This document shows positions 28,161 through 37,944 of a DNA stretch of 64,000 nucleotides, piece after piece. Each line of letters begins with the position of its first letter. Position 1 is the first letter of the stretch. Source of the stretch: Gemmatimonadota bacterium (GTDB taxonomy: Bacteria; Gemmatimonadota; Gemmatimonadetes; Palauibacterales; Palauibacteraceae); assembly GCA_965116475.1 (NCBI GenBank), contig OZ220691.1, positions 1,312,001 through 1,376,000 on the forward strand, given 5' to 3'. The translations under genes were made by a program, and so were the position numbers. The notes beneath the pieces are model-generated. The model saw nothing but the letters and a program-made list of their open reading frames with translations. It was not told the origin of the DNA and searched no databases.

Positions 28161-29788
28161 GCCGCCCACGCAGCCCCGCGGTCGGGCGGGCGGCGCGACG
28201 CGTGGTCGAGAGCGACGTCTGCATCATCGGCGGCGGGATCACGGCCGCCATGGTGGCCGAGCGGCTCGCCGAGCGGACCGGCGCCTCGATCACCGTCGTC
28301 GAGGCCGGCGGACGGACGGCATCTCTCGAGGAACGGTCGGACACCCGGGCGCGGATGCTGGCCTACGGCGAGAACCCCTGGCCCAACGATGATATCCGCG
28401 GCCAGACGGGCACGGGCGCCATGTACAATTCGATGGTCGTGGGCGGCGCGGCGATGCACTGGGGCGGCGCGGTCCCGCGCTTTTCCCCGGAGGACTTCCG
28501 CCTGCGGTCGCTGTACGGGGTCGCGTCCGACTGGCCCATCTCCTTCGACGACATCGAGCCGTACTACCAGGAGGCGGAGGAGCGCATCGGCGTGGCGGGC
28601 GAACAGGGTCCCCCGGAGTACGACCCCCGTTCGAAGCCCTACCCCATGCCGCCGCTCCCGCTCTCGTACAGCCTCGCGCGCATGCGCGAATGGACGGAGA
28701 AGACGGACATCCCCTTCTGGACGCAGCCCTGGGCGCGCAACACGGAGCCGTACCAGGGGCGGAACGTCTGCCGCCGCTGCGACACCTGCTCGGTCTGTCC
28801 CACGGGAGCCAAGTACACGCCCGACTTCGCCTTCGACCGGCTGTTGGCGGACGGGCGCATCGACCTCGTCACCCGCACGCTCGTCCGGCGCCTGAGCCTG
28901 GAGCCCGGTTCGGACCGGATCGCCGTCGCGGAAGCCGTCGACCGGGACGCGCCCGACGAGCCCGTCGAGTTCCGCGCGGGTACGTTCGTGATCGCCTCCG
29001 GCCACGCGTGGAGTTCCCACCTCCTCCTGCTCTCGGCGAACAGCCGCTTCCCGGACGGCCTCGCCAACCGCACCGGAAACGTGGGGCGGTACATGACGGG
29101 GCACTGGTACCTCAGCGGCTTCATCAACCTGCCGCTGCGGCTCTATCCCGGCATGTTCGTCTACAACAGCCTGCTGTCCCGCCGCTTCGCCAGCCCGGGA
29201 CCGCTGGACCGCTACGTGCGCCACGACCTGCGCCTGTGGGAGTCGAACGTCGGCCGCGCCCCGAGGCTCAAGGGCGAAGACGGCCAGCTTCTGTGGGGCG
29301 ACGAGATCATGGCCGACTGGAGGGCCCGCACGGAGTCCGAGTCCACCGCGCGGGTCCGCGCCTACTACGACCTGCTCCCGGACCGCGACAGCCGCCTCAC
29401 CCTCGACCCCGGAAAGACGAACGAACTGGGCGACCCGATGCCCCGGATCGACTACCGTCCCGCGCAGGAGAGCATCGACCTCCAGGACCACACGGTCGAG
29501 ACGATCTCGGGCCGTTTTGAGGAACTCGCGCGCGCGGCCGGAGGTTCCATGAGGAGCATCGGGCGGCCGTCCGAGCTGTGGGAGCACCCGGGCGGCGGCT
29601 GCCGGATGGGCGACGATCCGGCCTCGAGCGTCGTGGACCGCTGGGGCCGCACCCACGACCACGAGAACCTCTTCGTGGTGGGCGCGCCGGCCCTCGTCTC
29701 CGGCGGCTGCGCGAACGGGACGCTCACCTTCTGCGCCCTCTCCCTCATGTCCGCCGAAGAGATGCAGAGAGAACTCCCCTCGGCCTGA
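28157..29788 (+). CDS. GMC family oxidoreductase
   Basis: DVCIIGGGITA, VGGAAMHWGG, CxxCxxCxxCPTGAK, HPGGGCRMG, THDHENLFV. Confidence 0.9.
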   Translation: MSRPRSPAVGRAARRVVESDVCIIGGGITAAMVAERLAERTGASITVVEAGGRTASLEERSDTRARMLAYGENPWPNDDIRGQTGTGAMYNSMVVGGAAMHWGGAVPRFSPEDFRLRSLYGVASDWPISFDDIEPYYQEAEERIGVAGEQGPPEYDPRSKPYPMPPLPLSYSLARMREWTEKTDIPFWTQPWARNTEPYQGRNVCRRCDTCSVCPTGAKYTPDFAFDRLLADGRIDLVTRTLVRRLSLEPGSDRIAVAEAVDRDAPDEPVEFRAGTFVIASGHAWSSHLLLLSANSRFPDGLANRTGNVGRYMTGHWYLSGFINLPLRLYPGMFVYNSLLSRRFASPGPLDRYVRHDLRLWESNVGRAPRLKGEDGQLLWGDEIMADWRARTESESTARVRAYYDLLPDRDSRLTLDPGKTNELGDPMPRIDYRPAQESIDLQDHTVETISGRFEELARAAGGSMRSIGRPSELWEHPGGGCRMGDDPASSVVDRWGRTHDHENLFVVGAPALVSGGCANGTLTFCALSLMSAEEMQRELPSA

Positions 29789-29806
29789 CCCGGACGGCTG
29801 CACCCG

Positions 29807-31099
29807 TCACCGCAGGTCGAGGCGATGTGCTCTCCCGATCCGCCGGGCATCCCGTTCCTCGACACCCGCTTCGGACGCGAAACGCGGCCAGTTGGCGACC
29901 GCAGCGAGTACCCGGTCGGCGATGCGGCTCGCGGCGGGAGTCCTGAGCCCGGAAGTCTCCGCGAATCTCAGCAGGTCGGCGCGTTCGAAGCCATCGCGCT
30001 TGCCGGCCACGCTCATCTGGTGTCGGCCTGTCCATAGGCCCTGCGGGTTGTAGGCGTACGCCACGTCGTATGCCGGCGACAGTCGCCACGTCCCGCTGCG
30101 GTCCATCAGGAACGCGATGTTCTTCACGTGATCGTCCTGATTCCGCGCAACGACGTTGAAAACCGCCCGGCGATACTGTTCCTCGACCACCGCCATGCCG
30201 AGCCCGAGCTTCCGGATCGTCTCCACCGCCTGCTCGTACGCATACGCGTCCGGCAGGTTGTAGTCGAAGTGCCGCAGCGCCGCGAGCGACTGCATGTGGA
30301 TCTTCCGCCCCTCCGCGTCGCGGTCGAACCGGCGCGTCATGAAGTGGCTCCGCCCGCCTTCGTGATGCAGGCGGCATTCCGACATCTCGATCCCGGCTTC
30401 GCGGGCCATCAGGTGATAGGCGTACTCGATCCGCCCGTAGCCGAGCGGATCCGCGAGTTCCCGGTCGCGGTTGTCGGCGACGCCGTCGAATTTCAGGATC
30501 CAGTGCTCGAAGCCGGCCTCCGCGTCCAGCTGGCCGGACCGGAACTCGCGCGTCTCCGGATTCCAGGCGAGTACCGCCTTGGCCCGTGCGCCGCCCGCGG
30601 AGGTGCCCACGCGGAGGATGTCCTCGAGCGCTCCGCCGTCTCCGTTGCGTTCGAGCCTGCCCGCCAGTCGGCCCCGTTCGTCGAGAACCCGGTTGGCGAG
30701 ATCGACCAGTGGCGCGATCTCAACCGCGCCTCCGTTGCCGCGTCGTAGCGCCGGTTCGAACTCCAGCGCCCCGACGCCGCGCCTGCCGATGTAGCAGAGC
30801 CGGTCCACCGGATTGAAGTCCTCGAGACGGCGTCCGGTCTCCGCCAGCCAAACATCGATCAGCCGGTCACCGAAACTGTCCGGCAACGCGTCCGCAAGCA
30901 GGCCGGGCAAGCCCTTGAACGCCTCCCCGAGGCCGGGGAACGCATACGGAGTTTCGCGCACGGGCATCGCCATAGGGGAAACCTCGATGCCGGCTGACAA
31001 GAACGCGGGATCGTACTGGAACACGCCGATTCCCCGCCCGGCCTCCCACGACACCGCGCCGATCTGGCGGCCCCACAGGTTCACGCTGGCGTCAGTCAT
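29807..31099 (-). CDS. hipA: HipA family kinase toxin
   Basis: LADALPD, GTSAGGARAK, WILKFDG, TRRFDR, NQDDHVKN, LSPAYD. Confidence 0.92.
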   Translation of the reverse strand: MTDASVNLWGRQIGAVSWEAGRGIGVFQYDPAFLSAGIEVSPMAMPVRETPYAFPGLGEAFKGLPGLLADALPDSFGDRLIDVWLAETGRRLEDFNPVDRLCYIGRRGVGALEFEPALRRGNGGAVEIAPLVDLANRVLDERGRLAGRLERNGDGGALEDILRVGTSAGGARAKAVLAWNPETREFRSGQLDAEAGFEHWILKFDGVADNRDRELADPLGYGRIEYAYHLMAREAGIEMSECRLHHEGGRSHFMTRRFDRDAEGRKIHMQSLAALRHFDYNLPDAYAYEQAVETIRKLGLGMAVVEEQYRRAVFNVVARNQDDHVKNIAFLMDRSGTWRLSPAYDVAYAYNPQGLWTGRHQMSVAGKRDGFERADLLRFAETSGLRTPAASRIADRVLAAVANWPRFASEAGVEERDARRIGRAHRLDLR

Positions 31100-31455
31100 T
31101 CAGATTCGTCGGCCCACGACCAGGGACCTTCGGGCGGCGCGCCCTTCCTAGGGCGCGCGCGCTGCCGCTCCCTGCCGCCGGAGTCCACGCGCTCAATAGG
31201 TCGGACCTCTCGCGGTGGCACCGCGCTCAACAGACCCTCCCCCAAGCCAAGAGCAATTGCGACGCGCAGCAGGCTGTCCAGACCAGACGGTTGGCCGGCC
31301 TCGATGCGGCGCAGCGTGCGCAGTCCTACTCCCGCGTCTTCGGCCAGCGTCCGCTGCGTCACGTTCCTCGCAAGGCGCAGCTTCGCGAGGCGACGTCCCA
31401 TTTCGGTCCGCAGCGCACGGGAAGTCAGATTTTCATGCGTCACGCCAGCAGCCAA
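31096..31455 (-). CDS. XRE HTH antitoxin
   Basis: RLARNVTQRTLAEDAGVGLRTLRRIEAG; 4-bp overlap with hipA; start uncertain. Confidence 0.85.
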   Translation of the reverse strand: MAAGVTHENLTSRALRTEMGRRLAKLRLARNVTQRTLAEDAGVGLRTLRRIEAGQPSGLDSLLRVAIALGLGEGLLSAVPPREVRPIERVDSGGRERQRARPRKGAPPEGPWSWADESE

Positions 31456-31528
31456 GATCAGCCCCTATACTCCGCAAACTTCCGTTAGTCCGAGTCTCAA
31501 GTTGCGGCTAGATCGATGGGATGTCAAG

Positions 31529-31585
31529 AGGCCATATATTGCCTTCTAACAACTTCTAATAAACTTATAAGGCCACATATCGCCT
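31529..31585. promoter_or_regulatory. Two AGGC-N8-GCCT operators upstream of second hipBA
   Basis: aggccatatattgcct 31529-31544 and aggccacatatcgcct 31570-31585. Confidence 0.7.
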
Positions 31586-31656
31586 CTTATTTTTGAAACA
31601 AACCCAACGGTGTCGTGATGGAGAAACCCTATCTTGGAAAGTAGCAGGAGCGTCGG

Positions 31657-32634
31657 CTACGGCCGCTTTTCTCCGGCGGTCAGGGGGAAGCGGAGGTAGT
31701 TCTCGCGGGGCGGGAGGCTGCAGACGGAGTGCGGGGTGAAGGCGCAGGGCGCGTTGTAGGCCCGGTTGAAGTCGATCGTCGTCCAGCCGTCGTCATCCGG
31801 GAAGGGGGCGCGCATGTAGCGGCCCGCCTGGTAGGTGTCGGTCACGGCGGTCGAATCCCACAGGCTGATGAAGTAGGAGCGGCTCGACGCGCCGGCGAAG
31901 GCCATGAGGCGGTGCTCCGCCCCGTCGACGCGGAAGACGAGATCTCCGGGCGCGGTGTTCTCGAGCGTCCCGCCCCTCACGTCGGCCAGCGAGACCGTGC
32001 GCGGCTCCGGATAGGGCTCGAAGCGCGCCGTCACGCGCCACTCGTTCGTGATCGGGAAGTACTCGGGAAGCTCGAACGCATCGAGGCGCGGGGCGTCCGT
32101 ATCCCAGACCCGGAGCCACAGCCTCTCCGTTCCCGGCTCGGCGTGAACCCGCATCCCGAGCGACCCCAGCGCCAAGCGGACCGTCTCCTCGCTCCGGTCG
32201 TCCGGGAGGGGCATCGGTTCCGTGACGGGGTCGCCCGCGGCGCCGGACATCTGGTCTCTCAGGCGCAGGCCGCTCCCGGCTTCGGGGACGAGACGCACAG
32301 TCCCATCCTCGAGGTACAGCGTACCGGCCAGAAGCGGCGCGTCCTCCTCCGGCAGGACGATGGCCGCGGACGGATCGGACCCGAAGGTGTTGGCGCCTTC
32401 CCGCAGTTCGAAGAGCCCGTCCCAGCTGATGACGCCCGCGTTGGGGTTCGCGAGGCTGCGCCGCCGCCCGTCGCGCCACTCCTCATGCTCGGCCGCCAGC
32501 ACCCCGGACTCCACCGGCGGCGGATCCGGCCACCCGTCGCCCGCGCAGCCAACCGCTGCGGCGCAGAGCAGCGCCGCCGCCAACCCGACAACGGCGTTCC
32601 ATCCGGTATCCGTCGACCTCCCCGCCGTGCTCAT
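31657..32634 (-). CDS. DUF1684 domain lipoprotein
   Basis: TY.AGRY, IDFNRAYNAPCAF...CSLPP.EN.L...AGEK. Confidence 0.88.
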   Translation of the reverse strand: MSTAGRSTDTGWNAVVGLAAALLCAAAVGCAGDGWPDPPPVESGVLAAEHEEWRDGRRRSLANPNAGVISWDGLFELREGANTFGSDPSAAIVLPEEDAPLLAGTLYLEDGTVRLVPEAGSGLRLRDQMSGAAGDPVTEPMPLPDDRSEETVRLALGSLGMRVHAEPGTERLWLRVWDTDAPRLDAFELPEYFPITNEWRVTARFEPYPEPRTVSLADVRGGTLENTAPGDLVFRVDGAEHRLMAFAGASSRSYFISLWDSTAVTDTYQAGRYMRAPFPDDDGWTTIDFNRAYNAPCAFTPHSVCSLPPRENYLRFPLTAGEKRP

Positions 32635-32717
32635 GTGGGCAGCATGCCCCGGCAACCCGGCTCGTGCAACCCGCCGGCGGGTGGAACCTTCACCGGATCG
32701 ACGCCCGCCGGGCGGGA

Positions 32718-34282
32718 GTACCGGCTGACTGGCCGCGGACGTTCCCGCGGGAACGTCCCGGACGCTGAGATCCCCGTTGAGACCCCCGTTGAAGACCGCC
32801 GTTGAGACCGTGTTGAGATGAAACCCGAACATTTACCGAAGATCGGGGTATGAGTGCGTACCCCCTTTGAACCCTGAGATTCGGATGAGAACGCCATGCC
32901 TGAGACGCCTGACCCTTCCGCCGACCCGACCGCCAACTCGAACGCTGCCGCCTCGCACCCCGCTGCCTTGGCCGGCGACCCCGTGGGCGACGAGATCGCC
33001 GAGCTGTGCGCCCACATCGACGCCGCCCAGTATCGGCTCCTGACGCTGCTGCGCCGCTACGATGAGGAGGAACGCTGGAGCGGGTGGCGCTCCTGCGCCC
33101 ACTGGCTGAACTGGCGCACCGGGATCTCCCTCGGCGGGGCCCGCGAGCGACTGCGGGCGGCCCGCCGCCTCGCCGACCTGCCGCTGACCTCCGCCGAGAT
33201 GGAGAAGGGGCGGCTCTCCTGGTCCAAGGTCCGGGCGCTCACGCGCATGGCCACGGCCGAGAACGAGGCGCGGCTGGTCGAGTTCGCCCTCCACCACACG
33301 GCGAGCCAGGTGGAGCGCTTCGTGCGGGCGGCGAAGAGCGCGGAGGCCGCCATGGCGGCGCCGGACGGGACGTCGGAGATGGCGGCCCGCCGTCACCTGA
33401 CGGTCCGAATGACGGCCGACGGCATGTACGAGGTTCGGGGGCTGCTCATGCCCGAGGTGGGCGCCCTGCTCGTGGAGACGCTGGACGTCACCGTGGACGA
33501 ACTCCACCGGCAGGAGTGCGCCATGGAGCGCGAGGCCGATGCGCCCGCGCCCGCGCCGGCACTCCGGCCGAGTCCGACGGAGCGGCGCCACGACGCGCTC
33601 GGGGCGTGGCTCGAGGAGCGCGCCGAGGCGAGGGCGCAACTGGTGGTCCACACCGTGGCCGGCGGCCCCGAGATCCTGGCCACGGAGGACGGCTCACACG
33701 TTCCCGCGGGAACGTCCCGGCGGCTGGCCTGCGATGCGGAGACCGTGGAGGTGAAGCGCGGGCGGGACGGCTCGGTGCTGGACGTGGGCCGCCGCCAGCG
33801 GACCGTGGGGTGGCGGCTGCGCAAGGCGCTCGACGTCAGGGACGGCGGCTGCCGCTTTCCGGGCTGCGGCTCGCGCTACACGCAGGCCCACCACGCCATC
33901 CCGTGGTCCGAGGGGGGCGAGACGAAGCTCGACAACCTGATCCTCCTGTGCCGGTTCCATCACAGGGCCGTGCACGAGGGCGGCTGGCGGGTCGAGATGG
34001 GGGAGGCTGGCGCGGCGCGCTTCCGCGATCCGGCCGGGCGCGTGGTACCGGCGGTGCCCCCGGTACGCGAGGACGTCAGGGCGCCCCGAACCGCCGATGC
34101 GGGACTCGGGAACTGGCACCGGCAGGAGGGGATCGATCCCTGGACGGCGACCAGCCTCTGGATGGGCGACCCGCTCGACCTCGACTGGGCCCTCTGGGTC
34201 CTCTGGGGACAGTACGAGACCAGGCCGATGGCAGCGTGACCGATGGCAGCGTGAGGGTCGCCAACGTCCTTGGCAGCTACAG
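32718..34282 (+). mobile_element. Dispersed DUF222/HNH repeat element, copy 2
   Basis: Similarity to copy 1 starts at gtaccggctgact and ends near agctacag. Confidence 0.7.
32896..34239 (+). CDS. DUF222 (13E12-like) domain HNH endonuclease
   Basis: Near-identical paralogue of 10072-11463. Confidence 0.88.
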   Translation: MPETPDPSADPTANSNAAASHPAALAGDPVGDEIAELCAHIDAAQYRLLTLLRRYDEEERWSGWRSCAHWLNWRTGISLGGARERLRAARRLADLPLTSAEMEKGRLSWSKVRALTRMATAENEARLVEFALHHTASQVERFVRAAKSAEAAMAAPDGTSEMAARRHLTVRMTADGMYEVRGLLMPEVGALLVETLDVTVDELHRQECAMEREADAPAPAPALRPSPTERRHDALGAWLEERAEARAQLVVHTVAGGPEILATEDGSHVPAGTSRRLACDAETVEVKRGRDGSVLDVGRRQRTVGWRLRKALDVRDGGCRFPGCGSRYTQAHHAIPWSEGGETKLDNLILLCRFHHRAVHEGGWRVEMGEAGAARFRDPAGRVVPAVPPVREDVRAPRTADAGLGNWHRQEGIDPWTATSLWMGDPLDLDWALWVLWGQYETRPMAA

Positions 34283-34408
34283 TTAGCCGACGCGTAACGA
34301 ACGAGAACGTCGCTTTTCTTTTCTTAGCAGCGCCCCGAGAGGGCGTAAGGAAAAGTTTCTTCGTTAGCCGACGCGTAAGAAAAGAAAATGGAAAAAATCT
34401 TTCTTAGC
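34282..34408. promoter_or_regulatory. Repeat array upstream of Fic gene
   Basis: GTTAGCCGACGCGTAA at 34282-34297 and 34363-34378; three GTAA...TTAGC units with A/T-rich interiors. Confidence 0.6.
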
Positions 34409-34471
34409 GGAGGCGACCGTGAGATTATCAGGCAGATCAAGTGAAGATCAAGACACCGATTCGGGTCAAGA

Positions 34472-35641
34472 ATGAAACGCGAAGCGACGGGGACTTACGA
34501 CGTTACGTTAGCCGGCGGGGAAACCGTACGGGCTTTCATACCCGTAGTCTTGCCACCCTCGCCGGACATCGACCTCCGGGAAGGGCTGAACCAACCGTTC
34601 GAGGCAGCTGCCGCCGCATTGGGGCGACTCGACGCGGTGACCGAGTTCCTTCCGGAGGCCGCTAACTTCGTGTACGGATACGTGCGGAAGGAGGCCGTGC
34701 TCTCGTCCCAGATCGAAGGTACGCAGTCTTCCCTTTCCGACCTCATGCTGCACGAAGCGGGCGGGGCGCCCGGTGTCTTACGGGATGACGTCGTCGAGAC
34801 ATCCAATTACGTCGCCGCATTGTATCACGGACTCCAACGCCTGCGGGACGACAACTTTCCGCTCTCCAATCGCCTCATGCGAGAGATGCATGCCAAGCTT
34901 CTCGCGAGCGGCCGCGGCGCGACGATGACGCCAGGCGAGTTCCGGCGAACGCAGAACTGGATCGGGGGATCGCGTCCCGGCAACGCGGCCTTCGTCCCGC
35001 CGCCGCCGAATCACGTGGAAGAGTGCATGGCGGCGCTCGAGCGGTTCATCCGTGCAACCGACGATGACCTGCCCGCCCTCATCAAGGCCGGGCTCGCGCA
35101 TGTGCAGTTCGAGACGATCCATCCGTTCCTCGACGGAAACGGGAGACTGGGTCGCCTCCTGATCACCTTGATGCTGTGTGATGCCGGACTCCTGCGCGAA
35201 CCCCTTCTGTATCTCAGCCTCTACCTCAAGCAGCATCGGGACACCTACTACGGACTCCTCAACAAAATGCGTCGCACAGGCGACTGGGAGGCCTGGCTGC
35301 ACTTCTTTCTCGAAGGCGTGCGCGAGGTGGCGGAGAGTGCCGTTGCAACTGCCCGATCCGTACTTGACCTCGTTGCGGCCAACCGTGCCCGGATCCAGGA
35401 GGGACGACGGGCCAGTTCAACGCTTCGGGTACACCGTGCGCTGGTGGAACGCCCCGTCGACCGGATCAACGGCATCGCGGAGCGTACGGGCCTTTCCGCG
35501 CCGACAGTCACCGCTTCCCTCAGGCTGCTCCAGGGGCTGGGCCTGGTCAGCGAGGTGACCGGGCGCCAACGGGGCATGATCTTCGCCTACGACAGCTACC
35601 TCGCCGTTCTCCGGGATGGGATGGAGGACCCGCCGGGATAG
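34472..35641 (+). CDS. Fic family protein with C-terminal HTH
   Basis: EAVLSSQIEG, GEFRRTQNWIG, HPFLDGNGRLGR. Confidence 0.93.
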   Translation: MKREATGTYDVTLAGGETVRAFIPVVLPPSPDIDLREGLNQPFEAAAAALGRLDAVTEFLPEAANFVYGYVRKEAVLSSQIEGTQSSLSDLMLHEAGGAPGVLRDDVVETSNYVAALYHGLQRLRDDNFPLSNRLMREMHAKLLASGRGATMTPGEFRRTQNWIGGSRPGNAAFVPPPPNHVEECMAALERFIRATDDDLPALIKAGLAHVQFETIHPFLDGNGRLGRLLITLMLCDAGLLREPLLYLSLYLKQHRDTYYGLLNKMRRTGDWEAWLHFFLEGVREVAESAVATARSVLDLVAANRARIQEGRRASSTLRVHRALVERPVDRINGIAERTGLSAPTVTASLRLLQGLGLVSEVTGRQRGMIFAYDSYLAVLRDGMEDPPG

Positions 35642-35688
35642 CTTGGCACAACGCTGGCGCGCATACATGCGCTGACCGCCATCTACCT

Positions 35689-37089
35689 CTACGGGACCAG
35701 CGCCTCCAGGGCGTCCGGGGCGCGGGGGAGGGCGTCGGTGAGGACTTCGGCGCCGTCCTCGGTGACGAGGAGGACCTCTTCCACGAACACCGAGACGCCG
35801 AGGTCGTGGTTGTAGTACCACGGTTCGACCGTGAACACCATTCCGGGGGCCAGCGGTTCGTCGAGGAGGGCCGGATCTCCGGTCGACAGCCCTATGTGGT
35901 GGCCGAAGAAGGAGGGGGTCTGCATGTACGGCTCCTCCTCGTCCGGGATCGCGTCGTACGCCACCTGCGTGAGTTCGCGCAGGGTGACGCCGGGGCGCAC
36001 GGCGGCGATGATGGCTTCCGCCGCGCGCGTACTCACGAGGAGCTTCTCCCGCTGGATCTCGGTGAAGGCGCCGTTCGCGGGGAAGGTCCGTCCCACGTCG
36101 CTCACGTATCCGTTGATCTCGCACCCCACGTCGAAGATCACGAGGTCGCCGTCCTGCAGCCGGCGGTTGCGGCGGTCGTAGTGGGCCGCGAGGACGCGCC
36201 ACGGCCACAGGCTGTTGGGGCCCGACTTGATGATCGGGGTGAAGGGGATGGACTGGGCGCCCGCTTCCCGGCAGGTGCGCTCGAATTCGCCCTGGAGCGT
36301 GCGCTCGTCAACGCCCGGCCGAACGAGGGCGGCGGCGGCCCGGATCCCGGCCATGGTGGCGTCCGCCGCGCGCCGCATGCGCATGATCTCGGCGGGTGAC
36401 TTCACCATGCGCAGGCGCGCGACGATCTCGAACGCGTTCACCAGGCGCCCGTCCGGAAAGTCGTCCCGCAGGCGCCGGATGAGGGAAGCCGTGGGGTCGA
36501 GACTCCCGACCAGCGGGACGACCGGGTCGGGCACCTCGCCCGCGGCGCCCGCGTTCACGCGCAGGATCTCGCCCCTTCCCGTACGCTCGCGCAGAAAGCC
36601 GTCGAGTTCGGCGATGTCGCGATAGTCGTCGGCGCCGCCGACGCTGCGGATCCGGTAGTCGTCGAGCAGCGGGCGGCCCGGGAAGTCGTTCGGCCGGCCC
36701 GGGTTCTCGAAGCGCGGATCCCGCCGCGGCATGAAGAGGATCGAGATGTCGCGTCTCGCGTCCAGCACGAGCATCGACTGGGGGATTTCCAGCCCCGTCA
36801 GATACCAGAAGTCCTCGAGCTGCCGGAAGGTCTCGCCATGCGTGATGCCGTCCGACGAGGGCACGAGCAGGAGGCCCCCTCCGGTGGCGCGCAGGCCATC
36901 GAGGATGCGGTTGCGGCGGAACTCGTATTCCTGCGGGCGGAAGCCCGGGCGAACCCACTCGGAGTATTGCTGCTCCGGCGTCTGGGCCGAGAGGAGGGCG
37001 GGACCGCTCGGCATGGGACCGTTCGGCACGGAACCGAGGACCGCCGCAGCGGCGAGCAGCGAACTCGCGGGCACGCGGACGCGGTTCAC
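35689..37089 (-). CDS. Xaa-Pro aminopeptidase (M24B, aminopeptidase P-like)
   Basis: FRQLEDFWYLTG, VKSPAEI, FDVGCE...SDVGRT, GHHIGL, TVEPW, VEE; GTG start overlapping upstream stop. Confidence 0.88.
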   Translation of the reverse strand: MNRVRVPASSLLAAAAVLGSVPNGPMPSGPALLSAQTPEQQYSEWVRPGFRPQEYEFRRNRILDGLRATGGGLLLVPSSDGITHGETFRQLEDFWYLTGLEIPQSMLVLDARRDISILFMPRRDPRFENPGRPNDFPGRPLLDDYRIRSVGGADDYRDIAELDGFLRERTGRGEILRVNAGAAGEVPDPVVPLVGSLDPTASLIRRLRDDFPDGRLVNAFEIVARLRMVKSPAEIMRMRRAADATMAGIRAAAALVRPGVDERTLQGEFERTCREAGAQSIPFTPIIKSGPNSLWPWRVLAAHYDRRNRRLQDGDLVIFDVGCEINGYVSDVGRTFPANGAFTEIQREKLLVSTRAAEAIIAAVRPGVTLRELTQVAYDAIPDEEEPYMQTPSFFGHHIGLSTGDPALLDEPLAPGMVFTVEPWYYNHDLGVSVFVEEVLLVTEDGAEVLTDALPRAPDALEALVP

Positions 37090-37892
37090 AGGCGCCACAC
37101 CACCAGAAACTGGACCACGCTCTCCGTCACGTCGGTCCCCAGCTTGTGGCGCCAGTACTGGTATTCGATGCCGCTCATGAGGCGGCCTCCGTCGCCGCCC
37201 AGGAGCCGGCCCACGTCCACGGTCAGTTGCGGCTGGGCGAGGATCCAGGCGCGGACTTCGTTGCCGAACTCGTCCGAGACGGCGCTGATGTACTCCGCGT
37301 GGCCGGTGAAGGTGAACGTCTGGCCCAGCATCTCCCACGTCGCGAGCCAGTTCACGTCGAACATCCAGCCGTTTTCCGTCGCCGGCGCGCCGCCGTGGTC
37401 GACCCCGCTCGACGCGTCGACCAGCCGGGCGAAGTCCGTGTTGAGGAAGATGAATCCCGGGATGTCCCACGACGCGCGAACCCCCGGCGTGTACTTGAGC
37501 ACTTTCGCGTGCGAGCCGTAGTTCACGCCGCCGAGCAGGGCGAAGTCGCGGATCGGGCCGAACCCGACGCGGCTCCCGCTGATCTTCCCCAGACTCAGCG
37601 ATGGATACCACTCCCCGTACAGGTCCTTCTCGTTGATCCCGTCGTTCCCGCCGTCCGCGGCGTAGTCGAAGAACATGAAGTGGTCGCCCCAGGACCACTG
37701 CGCGGCGTTCTGGAAGGTGACGATCGTCGTCCCGTGCCGCGTGTCGGCGAACGGGTTCACCAGCTTGCCGAGCTGGAGATGGAATTCTGTCTGTCCGGCC
37801 GCGGCTCCCGGCGCGGCGAGGAGGACCACGGCGGACAGCCCGGTCGAAAGCCCGGCGGAAAGCCCGGCGGAAAGCCGATTGCTCAGCTTCAT
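37086..37892 (-). CDS. Tsx-like nucleoside-specific outer membrane channel
   Basis: Signal peptide, WSWGDHFMFFD, YGEWYP.LSL, GIEYQYW..K.G; adjacent to purine permease. Confidence 0.72.
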   Translation of the reverse strand: MKLSNRLSAGLSAGLSTGLSAVVLLAAPGAAAGQTEFHLQLGKLVNPFADTRHGTTIVTFQNAAQWSWGDHFMFFDYAADGGNDGINEKDLYGEWYPSLSLGKISGSRVGFGPIRDFALLGGVNYGSHAKVLKYTPGVRASWDIPGFIFLNTDFARLVDASSGVDHGGAPATENGWMFDVNWLATWEMLGQTFTFTGHAEYISAVSDEFGNEVRAWILAQPQLTVDVGRLLGGDGGRLMSGIEYQYWRHKLGTDVTESVVQFLVVWRL

Positions 37893-37944
37893 GCAGCCTC
37901 TCTATCGAAGAGGATCGGGGTCAACGTGCTCACGCGTCGTGAGG

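Noticed and set aside
32825..32840. SOS box-like CGAACATTTACCG in the HNH leader
   Set aside because: Only one half-site matches CGAAC-N4-GTTCG and the LexA motif of this lineage is unknown to me
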